From an uncultured Methanoregulaceae archaeon (GTDB lineage: Archaea > Halobacteriota > Methanomicrobia > Methanomicrobiales > Methanospirillaceae): a stretch of DNA of 64,000 bases. Location of the stretch: the NCBI GenBank assembly GCA_963701095.1, contig OY969564.1, positions 320,001 through 384,000 on the forward strand, written 5' to 3'. A model generated the notes under the pieces. It saw nothing but the letters and a program-made list of their open reading frames with translations, searched no databases and had not been told where the DNA came from. Position 1 is the stretch's first letter. The number at the start of each line of letters is the position of its first letter. Positions 52,571 to 62,209 of the stretch are shown piece after piece. The position numbers were made by a program, and so were the translations under genes.

Positions 52571-52812
52571 ACACGTGGATACATCTCGAAGTTAATATAA
52601 ATTTCTGAAGGTACGAGATCGGTTTGGGAAGGACTTCCCTCTCCTTAAATCATAAAAAAATGGAATGAAGAATTTTACATTGTATTCATAAAGATTCCAT
52701 TTATCGACAAATTTCTCTTGGAGGAACAGTTCAGCCTTTTCTTAAAAAAAACGACAAAACAGGTGTTGCATCTTTGTACATTTATCGTTCCAAAATCAAC
52801 AATCGTATCGTT

Positions 52813-52908
52813 TTTTGCAATAACAGCACATGCTTATCCACTATCTCGTTCAATGGTGGCCTGTTCTGATAGATAAAAATCAATATCAGAACAGGAATTG
52901 GAAACATA
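52813..52908 (+). promoter_or_regulatory. Conserved upstream box plus 5'-leader hairpin, copy 2
   Basis: Perfect 12-bp stem CCTGTTCTGATA/TATCAGAACAGG, loop GATAAAAATCAA. Confidence 0.7.
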
Positions 52909-53163
52909 ATGACTGACACCCCGAAAGTAAAGGCAAGCAAAGCTGTAGATGACGCACGCGTAGCTTCACATGCTACGAATGATGATGCGAAACTCTCGTC
53001 ACATAATACCCTCAAGGATGCGAAGACCTCTGCATATTCCACACGCAATGACGCAGTAAAAGCACAGAATATATCAGATAAATTCAACATCCATGCTCAC
53101 CAGGTCGATTCCCGGGCGAAAATTGCGGCACACGAGTCTCAATCAGAATCGATGATGAAGTAA
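52909..53163 (+). CDS. Hydrophilic 11-mer-repeat small protein (LEA-like)
   Basis: DDARVASHATN/DDAKLSSHNTL/KDAKTSAYSTR repeats; KAQNISDK. Confidence 0.75.
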   Translation: MTDTPKVKASKAVDDARVASHATNDDAKLSSHNTLKDAKTSAYSTRNDAVKAQNISDKFNIHAHQVDSRAKIAAHESQSESMMK

Positions 53164-53481
53164 TGGTGAAATAAATTGATCTCTGAAGTAATTGTTTAGA
53201 TAAGTTGGATAAAAGTGAGGTATTTTTCAATAGGAAAAACCAGAGATCTTCAACCAACTTATCAGAACTGTCATTCTCAAAATTTCTTCCTGCCGTTTTT
53301 ATTGAAATCCATTCTTCCTAGGGGCACATCCATGGCGTTGTATGCGCTTAACGGAACTTCAAGAACGTAATGTCGTCCTACTGCACCAGTCCTGCGGGTA
53401 ACGAGTTTCCGAGATGTACGAAAACCTATCTGCAGAAAGGATCGAACAGATCGTTTTTCAGAAAACAATAATTGTAACGTT

Positions 53482-53577
53482 TTTTGCAATAACAGCACAG
53501 CCTTAACCGCCAGGCAGCTCAATGGTGGCTTGTTCTGATAGAGAAAAATGATTTCGGGACAAGGAGTTGAAAACATT
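53482..53577 (+). promoter_or_regulatory. Conserved upstream box plus 5'-leader hairpin, copy 3
   Basis: CTTGTTCTGA/TCGGGACAAG stem overlapping AGGAG; collinear with copy 2. Confidence 0.7.
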
Positions 53578-54102
53578 ATAACTGACACGAAACAAGATGC
53601 GGCCAAATCCGCAAAAGCCAAAAGAACTGCTGACAAAGCTACGCTTAAAATGCATGATGACGTAACCACATCGCTCGAGCAGCTGGAACATCCCGGAGTA
53701 ACAGCCAAGAAAGTACCAGAAGAGCCAAAAACCGGTGCCCATAAACACATGACCGGTGAAGAAAAGATTGCCACTTTCAATCAGCACAAGCATGCCGGAG
53801 GTGAAAATCATAAGGGCTCCCCAGCTACAAGTGCCCACAAAGATGTTCCCGGCCATTCAAAGACTGAGATCCAGAAACTAATGTATTCACATATTTCTAA
53901 GGCACTTGCGAAAGCGAAGTTCCCCATCTCCACCCGTGCAGAGTTCATATCTGCTTTTCCACACGGTGCAGAAACAACCTGTCATGTGGGTAACTGCACA
54001 ATGACCGCCGGAGATGCGGAAAAACTTATAAGACCCACAGACTTCCCGTTCAGGAATGTGAAGTCAGTTGCTGATGTTATCATTGCGCGGACTGAATCAT
54101 AA
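53578..54102 (+). CDS. MTH865-family protein with N-terminal hydrophilic extension (start uncertain: ATA at 53578 or ATG at 53548)
   Basis: AKFPISTRAEFISAFPHGAETTC...DFPF (MTH865); DKATLKMHDDVTTSLEQLEHP. Confidence 0.8.
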   Translation: MTDTKQDAAKSAKAKRTADKATLKMHDDVTTSLEQLEHPGVTAKKVPEEPKTGAHKHMTGEEKIATFNQHKHAGGENHKGSPATSAHKDVPGHSKTEIQKLMYSHISKALAKAKFPISTRAEFISAFPHGAETTCHVGNCTMTAGDAEKLIRPTDFPFRNVKSVADVIIARTES

Positions 54103-54343
54103 CCTCGATTTTTTCGGTTCTAAAATAACCGAGACTGATGACCATAAGTTCGGCAAGTGATCGTTTCCTGAGGTGCGCGCAAATGGCACCAAGTAGAGGA
54201 ACGGTAATAATCCCTCCAGATTATTATATCATAGGAATTCAATTTATTCTCGTTTTTTTAAGATTCTGCAATAAGACGGGAATCAGATTTTGCAACTTTA
54301 GTGCAAGATTATCCAGTAAACCGGAATTCACTGTTTGCTGTAG

Positions 54344-54985
54344 TCAGGCAAAACGTCCGATTATATAAATTACGATGGGGATCATCAGGTATAGTGATAA
54401 ACTCCAGATGCTCCCCTCCAGTGCGAAAATGATGCACGCAATGGAGATCCCGGGGACGACAAGGTTTTGTAAACTGACTTTTCTGATGTATTCTGGTCTC
54501 AGCGTTGACTCTATAAGCCGGTAGTCGTGCGATGCGTACCACCAGAGGAAGCATATACAGACACCGATAGCAAAGAGATTTGCTTCAAATACCATTGGAC
54601 CGATCGGGATTGTGGAAAAATCGCCAGAATATGATGTTGAAAAAGGAAGGAGCGCAACAAACATGAGCATAACGAGATTAATCCAGGTGAATATTGTATC
54701 ATGAGCCCGTATTGAATAGAACAGTGTGCGTTGGCTGAGCCAGAATACCCCGAGAATAAGAAACGCGAGAACATAATTCAAGAAAGCAGAACCAAGGGAG
54801 ACGAGAACATGAAGTGCATAATAATCTGATGGTATTAGTGATGTTTTTTCCGGCAGGCCCAGTCCAATGACAAGAAGCGTCATCGCGAACGCGAAGATAC
54901 CGTCAGAAAGTGCTTCCAGTCTGCCTTTGAGGAGATGTGATACGTTCTCGGTATTTTCTTCTGTCATAATTTTCCTCGTCTCCAT
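54344..54985 (-). CDS. TMEM175-family K+ channel (DUF1211)
   Basis: RLEALSDGIFAFAMTLLV, LLPFST. Confidence 0.9.
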   Translation of the reverse strand: METRKIMTEENTENVSHLLKGRLEALSDGIFAFAMTLLVIGLGLPEKTSLIPSDYYALHVLVSLGSAFLNYVLAFLILGVFWLSQRTLFYSIRAHDTIFTWINLVMLMFVALLPFSTSYSGDFSTIPIGPMVFEANLFAIGVCICFLWWYASHDYRLIESTLRPEYIRKVSLQNLVVPGISIACIIFALEGSIWSLSLYLMIPIVIYIIGRFA

Positions 54986-55243
54986 ACTGCGAAGTGATCG
55001 GATTTATGTTCTTGGGATTTTTGCAAAGAAAATAATTGGATCGTGCAAAAAAATTTATCTGAGGTTCTTTTGTCTGGCTAATATTTTATAAAAAAATTGG
55101 ATTGGATAAGATACTGATTTTTGCCGCATGATTGCACCCATATTGCAGCAGATGCAAAAAGATTGAATATCATGAAGGATCATTTCTGTTTTCTCGCTTG
55201 ATCGCCCGGGTGCTTATATTCGTTCCATGATAAAGGACCGGTT

Positions 55244-56314
55244 CTATGAACTAGAGGGAACAGACCTCCACACATCATTCAGATATCCGTTGCTGTAACC
55301 GCCCATCAACACTATGCTGTTATCCGGCATTGCCACAATGCTCTGACCTTCTCTTCCCGACCAACCGGCGTGGGCGATTATCTCAGCCCAGGTGGCGCCG
55401 TTATCTGTAGAGCGCAATACATTATCCGGATGTCTGCCTCCGGTATCCTCGCCTCCCACAAGCACTATGCTTCCGTCTTGCATCGCCACGCTGCTTTGGT
55501 ATGATCGTGGCGGCCAACCGGCATGAGCGGTCATTTCAGTCCATGTGGCGCCGTTATCCGTTGACCGCCATACGTCATTGTAATGGGAAATGTTATTGTT
55601 CGCATCCCCAACACCACCCATGAGCACTATGCTACCGTCAGACATTGCTACACTGCTTTGGTATGATCGTGGCGGCCAACCGGCATGAGCGGTCATTTCA
55701 GTCCATGTGGCGCCGTTATCCGTTGACCTCCACACGTCATTGTACGTGGTAATAACATTGTTTGTATTCCCTACACCACCCATGAGCACTATGCTGCCAT
55801 CCGGCATTGCTACACTGCTTTGGTATGATCGTGGCGGCCAACCGGCATGAGCGGTCATTTCAGTCCACGTAGAGCCGTTATCTGCTGACCTCCATACGTC
55901 ACTTTTATCTCCGTTAAAATCGTTACCACCCATCAGCACTATGCTGTTATCCGGCGTTGCCACAATGCTCAGACCGTTTCTTCCTGACCACCCGGCATCT
56001 GCAGTCATTTCAGTCCATGTAGCGCCGTTATCTGTAGACCTCCATACATCATTGTAACTGGGAACTGTATCGCTTGAACCCCCCATGAGCACAATACTGC
56101 CGTCCCGCATCGCCGCGCTACTCTGGAAAAATCGTGGCGACCACCCGGCGTGTGTGGTCATCTCAGTCCAGTGCGTTGTATTGAATGGATGGGTTCTGTT
56201 AGATCCAGTGGGTCCATGAGAGGTAAGGTTCGTTGATCCTGTGGTTGTGCACCCGGCAACAATTATCGTTCCCATGTAAATGATCATAAGAATGAAGATT
56301 GTTTTTTTCAGCAT
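55244..56314 (-). CDS. Kelch/BNR-like beta-propeller lipoprotein
   Basis: VAGC lipobox; six GW.PR..S.A..DGSIVLMGG...NDVWRS.DNG repeats. Confidence 0.88.
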   Translation of the reverse strand: MLKKTIFILMIIYMGTIIVAGCTTTGSTNLTSHGPTGSNRTHPFNTTHWTEMTTHAGWSPRFFQSSAAMRDGSIVLMGGSSDTVPSYNDVWRSTDNGATWTEMTADAGWSGRNGLSIVATPDNSIVLMGGNDFNGDKSDVWRSADNGSTWTEMTAHAGWPPRSYQSSVAMPDGSIVLMGGVGNTNNVITTYNDVWRSTDNGATWTEMTAHAGWPPRSYQSSVAMSDGSIVLMGGVGDANNNISHYNDVWRSTDNGATWTEMTAHAGWPPRSYQSSVAMQDGSIVLVGGEDTGGRHPDNVLRSTDNGATWAEIIAHAGWSGREGQSIVAMPDNSIVLMGGYSNGYLNDVWRSVPSSS

Positions 56315-56720
56315 ATCTCCCTCATACTATCCTGATATGATAATGATTGTCGTTGGAATCAAATTGATCTACTGAACCATCCTTGGAATTGTCCATTAAA
56401 ATTTTTATCCGGCTTTATCAAAACGACGAGTAAAGTAACCGTGAGTTGAGTGTGTTTCAGCCAATAATCCAACGCTACCATGTGTTCCGGGCAGGAGGAG
56501 CGAGCCCCAGTTTCTGTCCGTTAGACCGCCACCAGATATAAAGAAAACTGATATATGGATCTCTTTTATCCGCCAGCGTCGTCATGGTTCCATAAAAGGA
56601 AAATCAACAACAGTCCTGTTCCTTCTCTGTTTTCAATAAACACATTTCCAATAATGTATCCCTCAACGCGTTTTTGTTATGATATCGGTTGTTTCCTTAC
56701 AGCCAAATTCTTTGTATTAG

Positions 56721-57995
56721 TTATTCCGTCTTATACCTGAGGATTGCTCCAATTCCCCCATACAACGACAGGAATGTTAGCCCCTCTTCAGTAGCATCAG
56801 AAATAATAACCGTCTTCGCATGGGTTTGATCGGCCATGTGTGTCAGTTCTTCTGTTATGTCCATCTGTTCGTTTTCCAGAACAGGATCTGTGCAGACACG
56901 GCACGTATGTACAAGGATATCCTTTATTCCGGATCCCGGTTCCAGATTAAACGTCCGCTCTTCCCCATGCCCGCATTCCTGGCATGTGACGCGAAACCGG
57001 TTTTTGCGAAGGGATGCTGACAGAAGAAGTGTTCCTACGGCTCCGTCTGCAAGGTTTTTACGAACACTTTCTTCACCTTGCACTGCAACCCCGCCTCTGT
57101 TTTCGAGATCTTCGAAAAACCTCTTTATGAGAACCTTTTGGTTTTCGGTGTCTGTTCCTTTGATGATTTCCTGTGCTTTATTCGCAAGCTCCCACAACCC
57201 CGCCTTGTCCGTACGTGCTACTTCGACAAGGCCAATAACTCTTTGCCGGACTTCATGATTGAGGTAATCACCTTCGAGGAAATTTTCCCGTGTTGGTGTC
57301 TGTCCCCCAATCATGACTCCCCGAAATCGTTTGAAATAATCTCTCTCAGAAAGGAAAACCGTGCTTGCGTGTTCACCAACCCGGGCAAAAAACTCATTGA
57401 TTGCAATCTGCCGTCCACGCTGAAACCGGGGTGCAGACTGCCCCCCTTTTTTCTGTTTACTTGAAACATTTGCAGTGGCACTCCCTTTAAATTCAATATG
57501 ATCGCCACGAAGAAAGCCCCAATATGCTTCACGCACATCGATTGTAATCAAACCGTAAACATTCATCATCCCCAGCATCTGTTTGAGAGGTTCTACATCG
57601 TACATCGATGCACAACGGTAGAGATATATGTTGAGCGATTCAGGCGGTTCAATAACGGTGCAGGGAAGATCAGTTCCGTTTATGTCAGTCAGGTTTTTTC
57701 CGCAGAACAGTGCGACGCCGTGCGGCGGAATGTGTTCGTAATTTTTCAAACGCGAAAGAATCGAAGAAATTGTCTTTTGCACATGGGTACGCGTCTCTTT
57801 ATCACTGATAAGTTCCGTTTTTGTATATTCATCTTTCAGGTATTCTGTCACTTCAGAGAGATTTTTGTCCGGAGGGATATACAAGGTGATGAGTTCATGC
57901 CCATCCGCTTCTTCTGATTCGAGTTTTTTAAGTGTTGCCTCAAATTCGTAAATTTTTTGGGATTCCTCAACCTCTCCGGGTTCCGGCTTTTTCAT
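56721..57995 (-). CDS. Peptide chain release factor aRF1 paralog
   Basis: ELITLYIPP, YLYRC, KKGGQSAPRF, GGIGAILRY; NIKS position reads LISD. Confidence 0.9.
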   Translation of the reverse strand: MKKPEPGEVEESQKIYEFEATLKKLESEEADGHELITLYIPPDKNLSEVTEYLKDEYTKTELISDKETRTHVQKTISSILSRLKNYEHIPPHGVALFCGKNLTDINGTDLPCTVIEPPESLNIYLYRCASMYDVEPLKQMLGMMNVYGLITIDVREAYWGFLRGDHIEFKGSATANVSSKQKKGGQSAPRFQRGRQIAINEFFARVGEHASTVFLSERDYFKRFRGVMIGGQTPTRENFLEGDYLNHEVRQRVIGLVEVARTDKAGLWELANKAQEIIKGTDTENQKVLIKRFFEDLENRGGVAVQGEESVRKNLADGAVGTLLLSASLRKNRFRVTCQECGHGEERTFNLEPGSGIKDILVHTCRVCTDPVLENEQMDITEELTHMADQTHAKTVIISDATEEGLTFLSLYGGIGAILRYKTE

Positions 57996-58898
57996 TTTCC
58001 TGTCCTCCTGAAATTTTAAATCGGTTTATTTCACCTTCAATGTAAATTTGAAAATGTGTGCTCCGATTTTTGTACGGGAATCAGCCTGGCGAGTTCGATA
58101 GTGAATTTACCTGATTTTTCCTGTGATTTGATTTCATCATTGCATGTAGGTCTGTAGCGACCTTTGCCTCCCAGCGGGTTGATGGGGATGAACACGGGGC
58201 CCCCTCACTCACGTTATGGGATGCCATGCGAGAGTTATTGACGAAATTGCAGCCTTTTTGGGATTGCCCGATCTGATTTCCGACTCTTTTATACGGCTAT
58301 TTTTAATTCTTTATAGGCGTAAGCCACCATGGTGTGAAGAAGTGGATAAGCCTGTCCTGTTGTTACAAAATTTGCAGTAAAAATAATCAGGTTCTGCACA
58401 AATCCCCTCTCAAGAAGTGCATAGAAAGCGAAAAAGGATGGTGTTCGGTGTCTTTTATCAATGCGATTGGTTGATCCGATATAATGTCTGTGAACATAGA
58501 GCCTATTGATAATGTATCGCAGCGTTCTGGTGTTTAATCTGTGACTGTTATATCTACCAGGTCGAATTCATTCCATTCGCCTTTGATCGTTAAATATCTC
58601 GTTCCGGGTTCACGTACGGCAAAAAGAATAAAAAAATGAAACGGTTACCATAAACGTCAGTCCGTTAATAAAAAATTTCCAAAAGAAGAAGTCTCTAAAG
58701 AAAGGACAAACAGACTTAACTCAGAACCAATCTGGAACCTATGATAAATTCTTTGGATTATTATATCATAGAACTTTTTTTTCTGATTTTATTAGTGAGA
58801 TCTCCTGTAAGAGTGCACGAATCAGATTTTGCAACAACGGGACATACTTATCCGTTTACCCGCTGGAATGGCTGGCGGGAATTAAAGATTGATTTGCC

Positions 58899-59564
58899 AT
58901 GTTTCCCCTCATAGCATTCCTGTTTCCGCTTACCAGCCTTTCTATCTCAAATCTGATTCTTCAGTATGGGATATGGGTATACGTCTTAACCTTTGTCATT
59001 ATCTTACTCTCATCTACTGTCGTTGGTGGGACGATTCCTGACAATACGTTCCTGATCCTGGCCGGAGCAGTTACTAATGGGACCAGTTTGTCTATGACAT
59101 GGTTGTTTGTCGCAGCGGTCGGAGGTGGGTTTGTGGGTTACGAGATCAACTACTGGAGTGGGGAGAGATTCGGGTTACCGATTAGCCGAAAAATATTCCC
59201 GGCGGTGCTTCACGACAAAAATGTAAAGAAGGCTCTTGATATGATGAATCGGTTCGGCATCTCTGCCCTTATCTTCAGCCGGTTCATGCCGGATCTGAAC
59301 CTGCCTTCATTCCTCGATGGAGTGAACGCGATGGATTATCGCAGATATGTAGTATTTAATCTCGCAAGTGCTGTCGTATGGTGCGGGATTCTTTTGATGC
59401 TGGGATATTATATCGGGAGTCTCCCTATAATCAACGCGTACCTGGATTATGTCACGGATCTCTTCATTGTTATGCTGGTAGCAGGGATAATCTTTATAAT
59501 CGTTATAGCCGCCCGAAATTACATGAAACGAAAAAGCAGCGGCTCACCGCAATTAAAGGAATGA
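58899..59564 (+). CDS. DedA-family membrane protein
   Basis: IPDNTFLILAG, GYEINYWSG, SRFMP, FNLASAVVW. Confidence 0.88.
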   Translation: MFPLIAFLFPLTSLSISNLILQYGIWVYVLTFVIILLSSTVVGGTIPDNTFLILAGAVTNGTSLSMTWLFVAAVGGGFVGYEINYWSGERFGLPISRKIFPAVLHDKNVKKALDMMNRFGISALIFSRFMPDLNLPSFLDGVNAMDYRRYVVFNLASAVVWCGILLMLGYYIGSLPIINAYLDYVTDLFIVMLVAGIIFIIVIAARNYMKRKSSGSPQLKE

Positions 59565-59830
59565 CATAAAACTCCCCATTTCGAAGAATATCCGCTCCCT
59601 AAAACTCTGGGAAAATCTGACACGGATTTTCGGGTAAAATAGTGCTTTTCAATCTCGATTTTATGCGTTTGACCCGTTTGCTAGAAATCGGCTCACAAGA
59701 ACTCGATAGCTTGGCTTGCAGTCGGTAGTTAACCATTAACTCACCTTTAATCCACCGTCACTACCACTTTTAAGAGAGAAATAAATGCCCCGGTCCTCCC
59801 GGGATTAGGGGTTCTTAACTTGAAAAAAGA

Positions 59831-61705
59831 TTAATTCCGGTTCTTCCGGGCCAGAACTATCAGGCCGCATAATGCAAACGCTCCAATGACCGGAACTGCA
59901 TCAAGTCCTGATTGTGTACTGACGGGCATTGTCTGCGTAGTCATCACAGGTGTTATTGTGGATTGAGCGAATACTGTAATCGATTGTGTAAAAGCATTGT
60001 TGCTGCTACCACCATTATTATTCGTCGTTAACGACACTGTATAGGTGCCAGCTCCCTGGTAAGTATGCGAGGGGTTTTGTATCGAGCTTGAACTGCCATC
60101 ACCAAAGTTCCAATTCCATGATGTAGGTGAATTGGTTGACGTGTCGGTAAACTGGACCGTAAGCGGAGCCGGACCGGAAGAGGGTGAAGCAAGGAAGCTC
60201 GTAGTCGGGGCTGTCGAGATTACGGCAGCATAGGTAAATTGGCTGCTGGATGAACTCGTTGTTGTACCATAGGGCGTGGTGACTGCAACACTTACGGTTC
60301 CAGCTGCTTCATCCGGGCTTATTGCGGTAATCTCTGAATCGCTTATGAACGTAACCGAAGTTGCCTGGGTGCTGCCAAACATGACATAATTCACGTCACT
60401 TGCACCAGCACCGTTTGAAAAGCCGCTTCCATAGATAGCTACCGATGTGCCACCATTTAGCGGGCCGGAAGTAGGTGAGATGGTATAGAGTGTCGGGGCT
60501 GAGCTTACGGTGGAATAGGTAAATTGACTCCCGGAGGAACTCGCTGATATTCCAACGGGCGTGTTAACAGCGATATTAACCGTTCCATATCCACCGGGGC
60601 TGATCGCTATAATCTCCGAATCGCTGATGAACCTAAATGAGGTAGCCTGGGTACCACCGAACATGACATAATTCACGTTACTTGCACCGGCACCGTTGGA
60701 AAAACCGCTTCCATAGATAGTCACCGAGGTACCACCATTTATCGGGCCGTTGCTCGGTGAAATACTGGATACTGACAGGCTTGAGGCTCCGCCGGTATAG
60801 GTAAATTGATCGCTGGATGAAATCGATGAAGTGCCCGCAGGTGTGGTGACGATGACGTTCACGGTTCCTGCCGACGCAGCCGGACTGGTGGCGGTGATCT
60901 CGCTATCGCTGATAAACGTATTTGAGGTCGCCTGGATGCTGCCGAACTTGATATAATTCACATTGCTTGCCCCAGCACCATTCGAAAAACCACTTCCATA
61001 AATAGTCACCGTCGTACCACCGGACGAAGGTCCAATGATCGGTGAAAGGCCGGTAACCGTCGGGATCGAAGCTGATGCGACATAGGTGAATTGGCTATTG
61101 GATGAACTAGCTGATGTCCCTGCAGGTGTAGTAACACCGATATTCACCGTTCCTGCTGATGCAGCCGGGCTGGTGGCGGTGATCTCGCTATCGCTGATAA
61201 ACGTATTCGAGGTTGCTTGGATGCTACCGAACATGACGTAATTCACGTTGCTTGCACCGGCACCGTTGGAAAATCCACTTCCATGGATAGTCACTGTCGT
61301 GCCACCGGTCGAAGGCCCTGAGCTCGGTGAGATAGAAGTTACTACCGGGGTTGCTTCAGTTACTGGACCTACGGCTCCACTTGTAGCTGCACCGGTATAG
61401 CTGCCTGTACCAGTAACTACAACTTCAATAAACTTCGAAGCATCCCCAGCAACCACAGTATAAGAGGTTGTTGTTGCACCCGCAATGGAGGTGTATGTCC
61501 CTCCAGATGTGGGAGATTCCTTCCATTGATAACTTGCAGTTGCACCTGATGGTACCAATGATCCCGCTACCAGCACACTACCGACTTGCGGTGAACCGGA
61601 AATCGGACCGATTCCTGAAATCGCTGTTGCTGCAGATACCGGTAAAACGACAATGCCGAAAAGTACAATCATCACACAACAAAAGAAGACAGTTTTAAAG
61701 TTCAT
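59831..61705 (-). CDS. Surface protein with four IPT/TIG repeats, PKD domain and C-terminal anchor
   Basis: SGP..GGT.VTI.GSGF x4, WNWNFGDG, TM-basic tail. Confidence 0.9.
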   Translation of the reverse strand: MNFKTVFFCCVMIVLFGIVVLPVSAATAISGIGPISGSPQVGSVLVAGSLVPSGATASYQWKESPTSGGTYTSIAGATTTSYTVVAGDASKFIEVVVTGTGSYTGAATSGAVGPVTEATPVVTSISPSSGPSTGGTTVTIHGSGFSNGAGASNVNYVMFGSIQATSNTFISDSEITATSPAASAGTVNIGVTTPAGTSASSSNSQFTYVASASIPTVTGLSPIIGPSSGGTTVTIYGSGFSNGAGASNVNYIKFGSIQATSNTFISDSEITATSPAASAGTVNVIVTTPAGTSSISSSDQFTYTGGASSLSVSSISPSNGPINGGTSVTIYGSGFSNGAGASNVNYVMFGGTQATSFRFISDSEIIAISPGGYGTVNIAVNTPVGISASSSGSQFTYSTVSSAPTLYTISPTSGPLNGGTSVAIYGSGFSNGAGASDVNYVMFGSTQATSVTFISDSEITAISPDEAAGTVSVAVTTPYGTTTSSSSSQFTYAAVISTAPTTSFLASPSSGPAPLTVQFTDTSTNSPTSWNWNFGDGSSSSIQNPSHTYQGAGTYTVSLTTNNNGGSSNNAFTQSITVFAQSTITPVMTTQTMPVSTQSGLDAVPVIGAFALCGLIVLARKNRN

Positions 61706-62209
61706 TCCTATTACCTCCTGAGATAATTTACCCTTCAATATCCCGGAGGATTATTAATTGTATGGTTATTTTACAAATTATAGAATTGAGGACTTGGTGA
61801 TTTTACATTGAGGAGTTTCTCTTTCATTAAACCTTAGATTCAATAGAAATCAAGATTCCTGATAGATATTATGTTCAACGTACTGGTCATGAATATGAAA
61901 ATATATTTTTGACACACAAAAAACGCGAACAAATGCTGTCATTTCGCAAAAATCGAAAAGAACCGGGCATGTCTTGTCCCATGCCCGGAGTTACGTGGTT
62001 GTACTGCGTGCTCATGGTGACCGCCCTTCTTGCGGTCGGATTCTTATAATTTTGAGAGGTTAAAAATTAATGGATATCTTCTATTTTTTGCAATAATTTT
62101 CAGTTATCTGGTTCTACTACGGATTCAGAATGCTAAATTAGTGTATGTTGACGAAGCACACCAATTTTATTTTTCGTTATATTCTGGAACCGATGTACCG
62201 GAAAAGAAA

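Noticed and set aside
52838..52859. Second small hairpin (CCACTA/TGGTGG; CCGCCA/TGGTGG in the other copy)
   Set aside because: Only 6 bp, probably upstream of the TSS, and absent from the 25846 copy. Not claimed separately.
53495..53530. TAACCGC...GCTCAATG resembling a fluoride riboswitch
   Set aside because: The 5' GATGG..TTC.CC element is missing, the paralogous copy lacks the motif, and no fluoride-related gene follows.
58000..58800. Long intergenic stretch with short minus-strand ORF fragments
   Set aside because: No recognisable product or RNA structure; possibly a decayed gene.
55244..61705. Repeats as a CRISPR array or DGR template/variable pair
   Set aside because: They are in-frame protein repeats (Kelch-like, IPT/TIG). 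No cas or reverse transcriptase genes are present in the window.
61963..61988. Hairpin CCGGGCATG/CATGCCCGG
   Set aside because: Single isolated inverted repeat with no context to assign a function.
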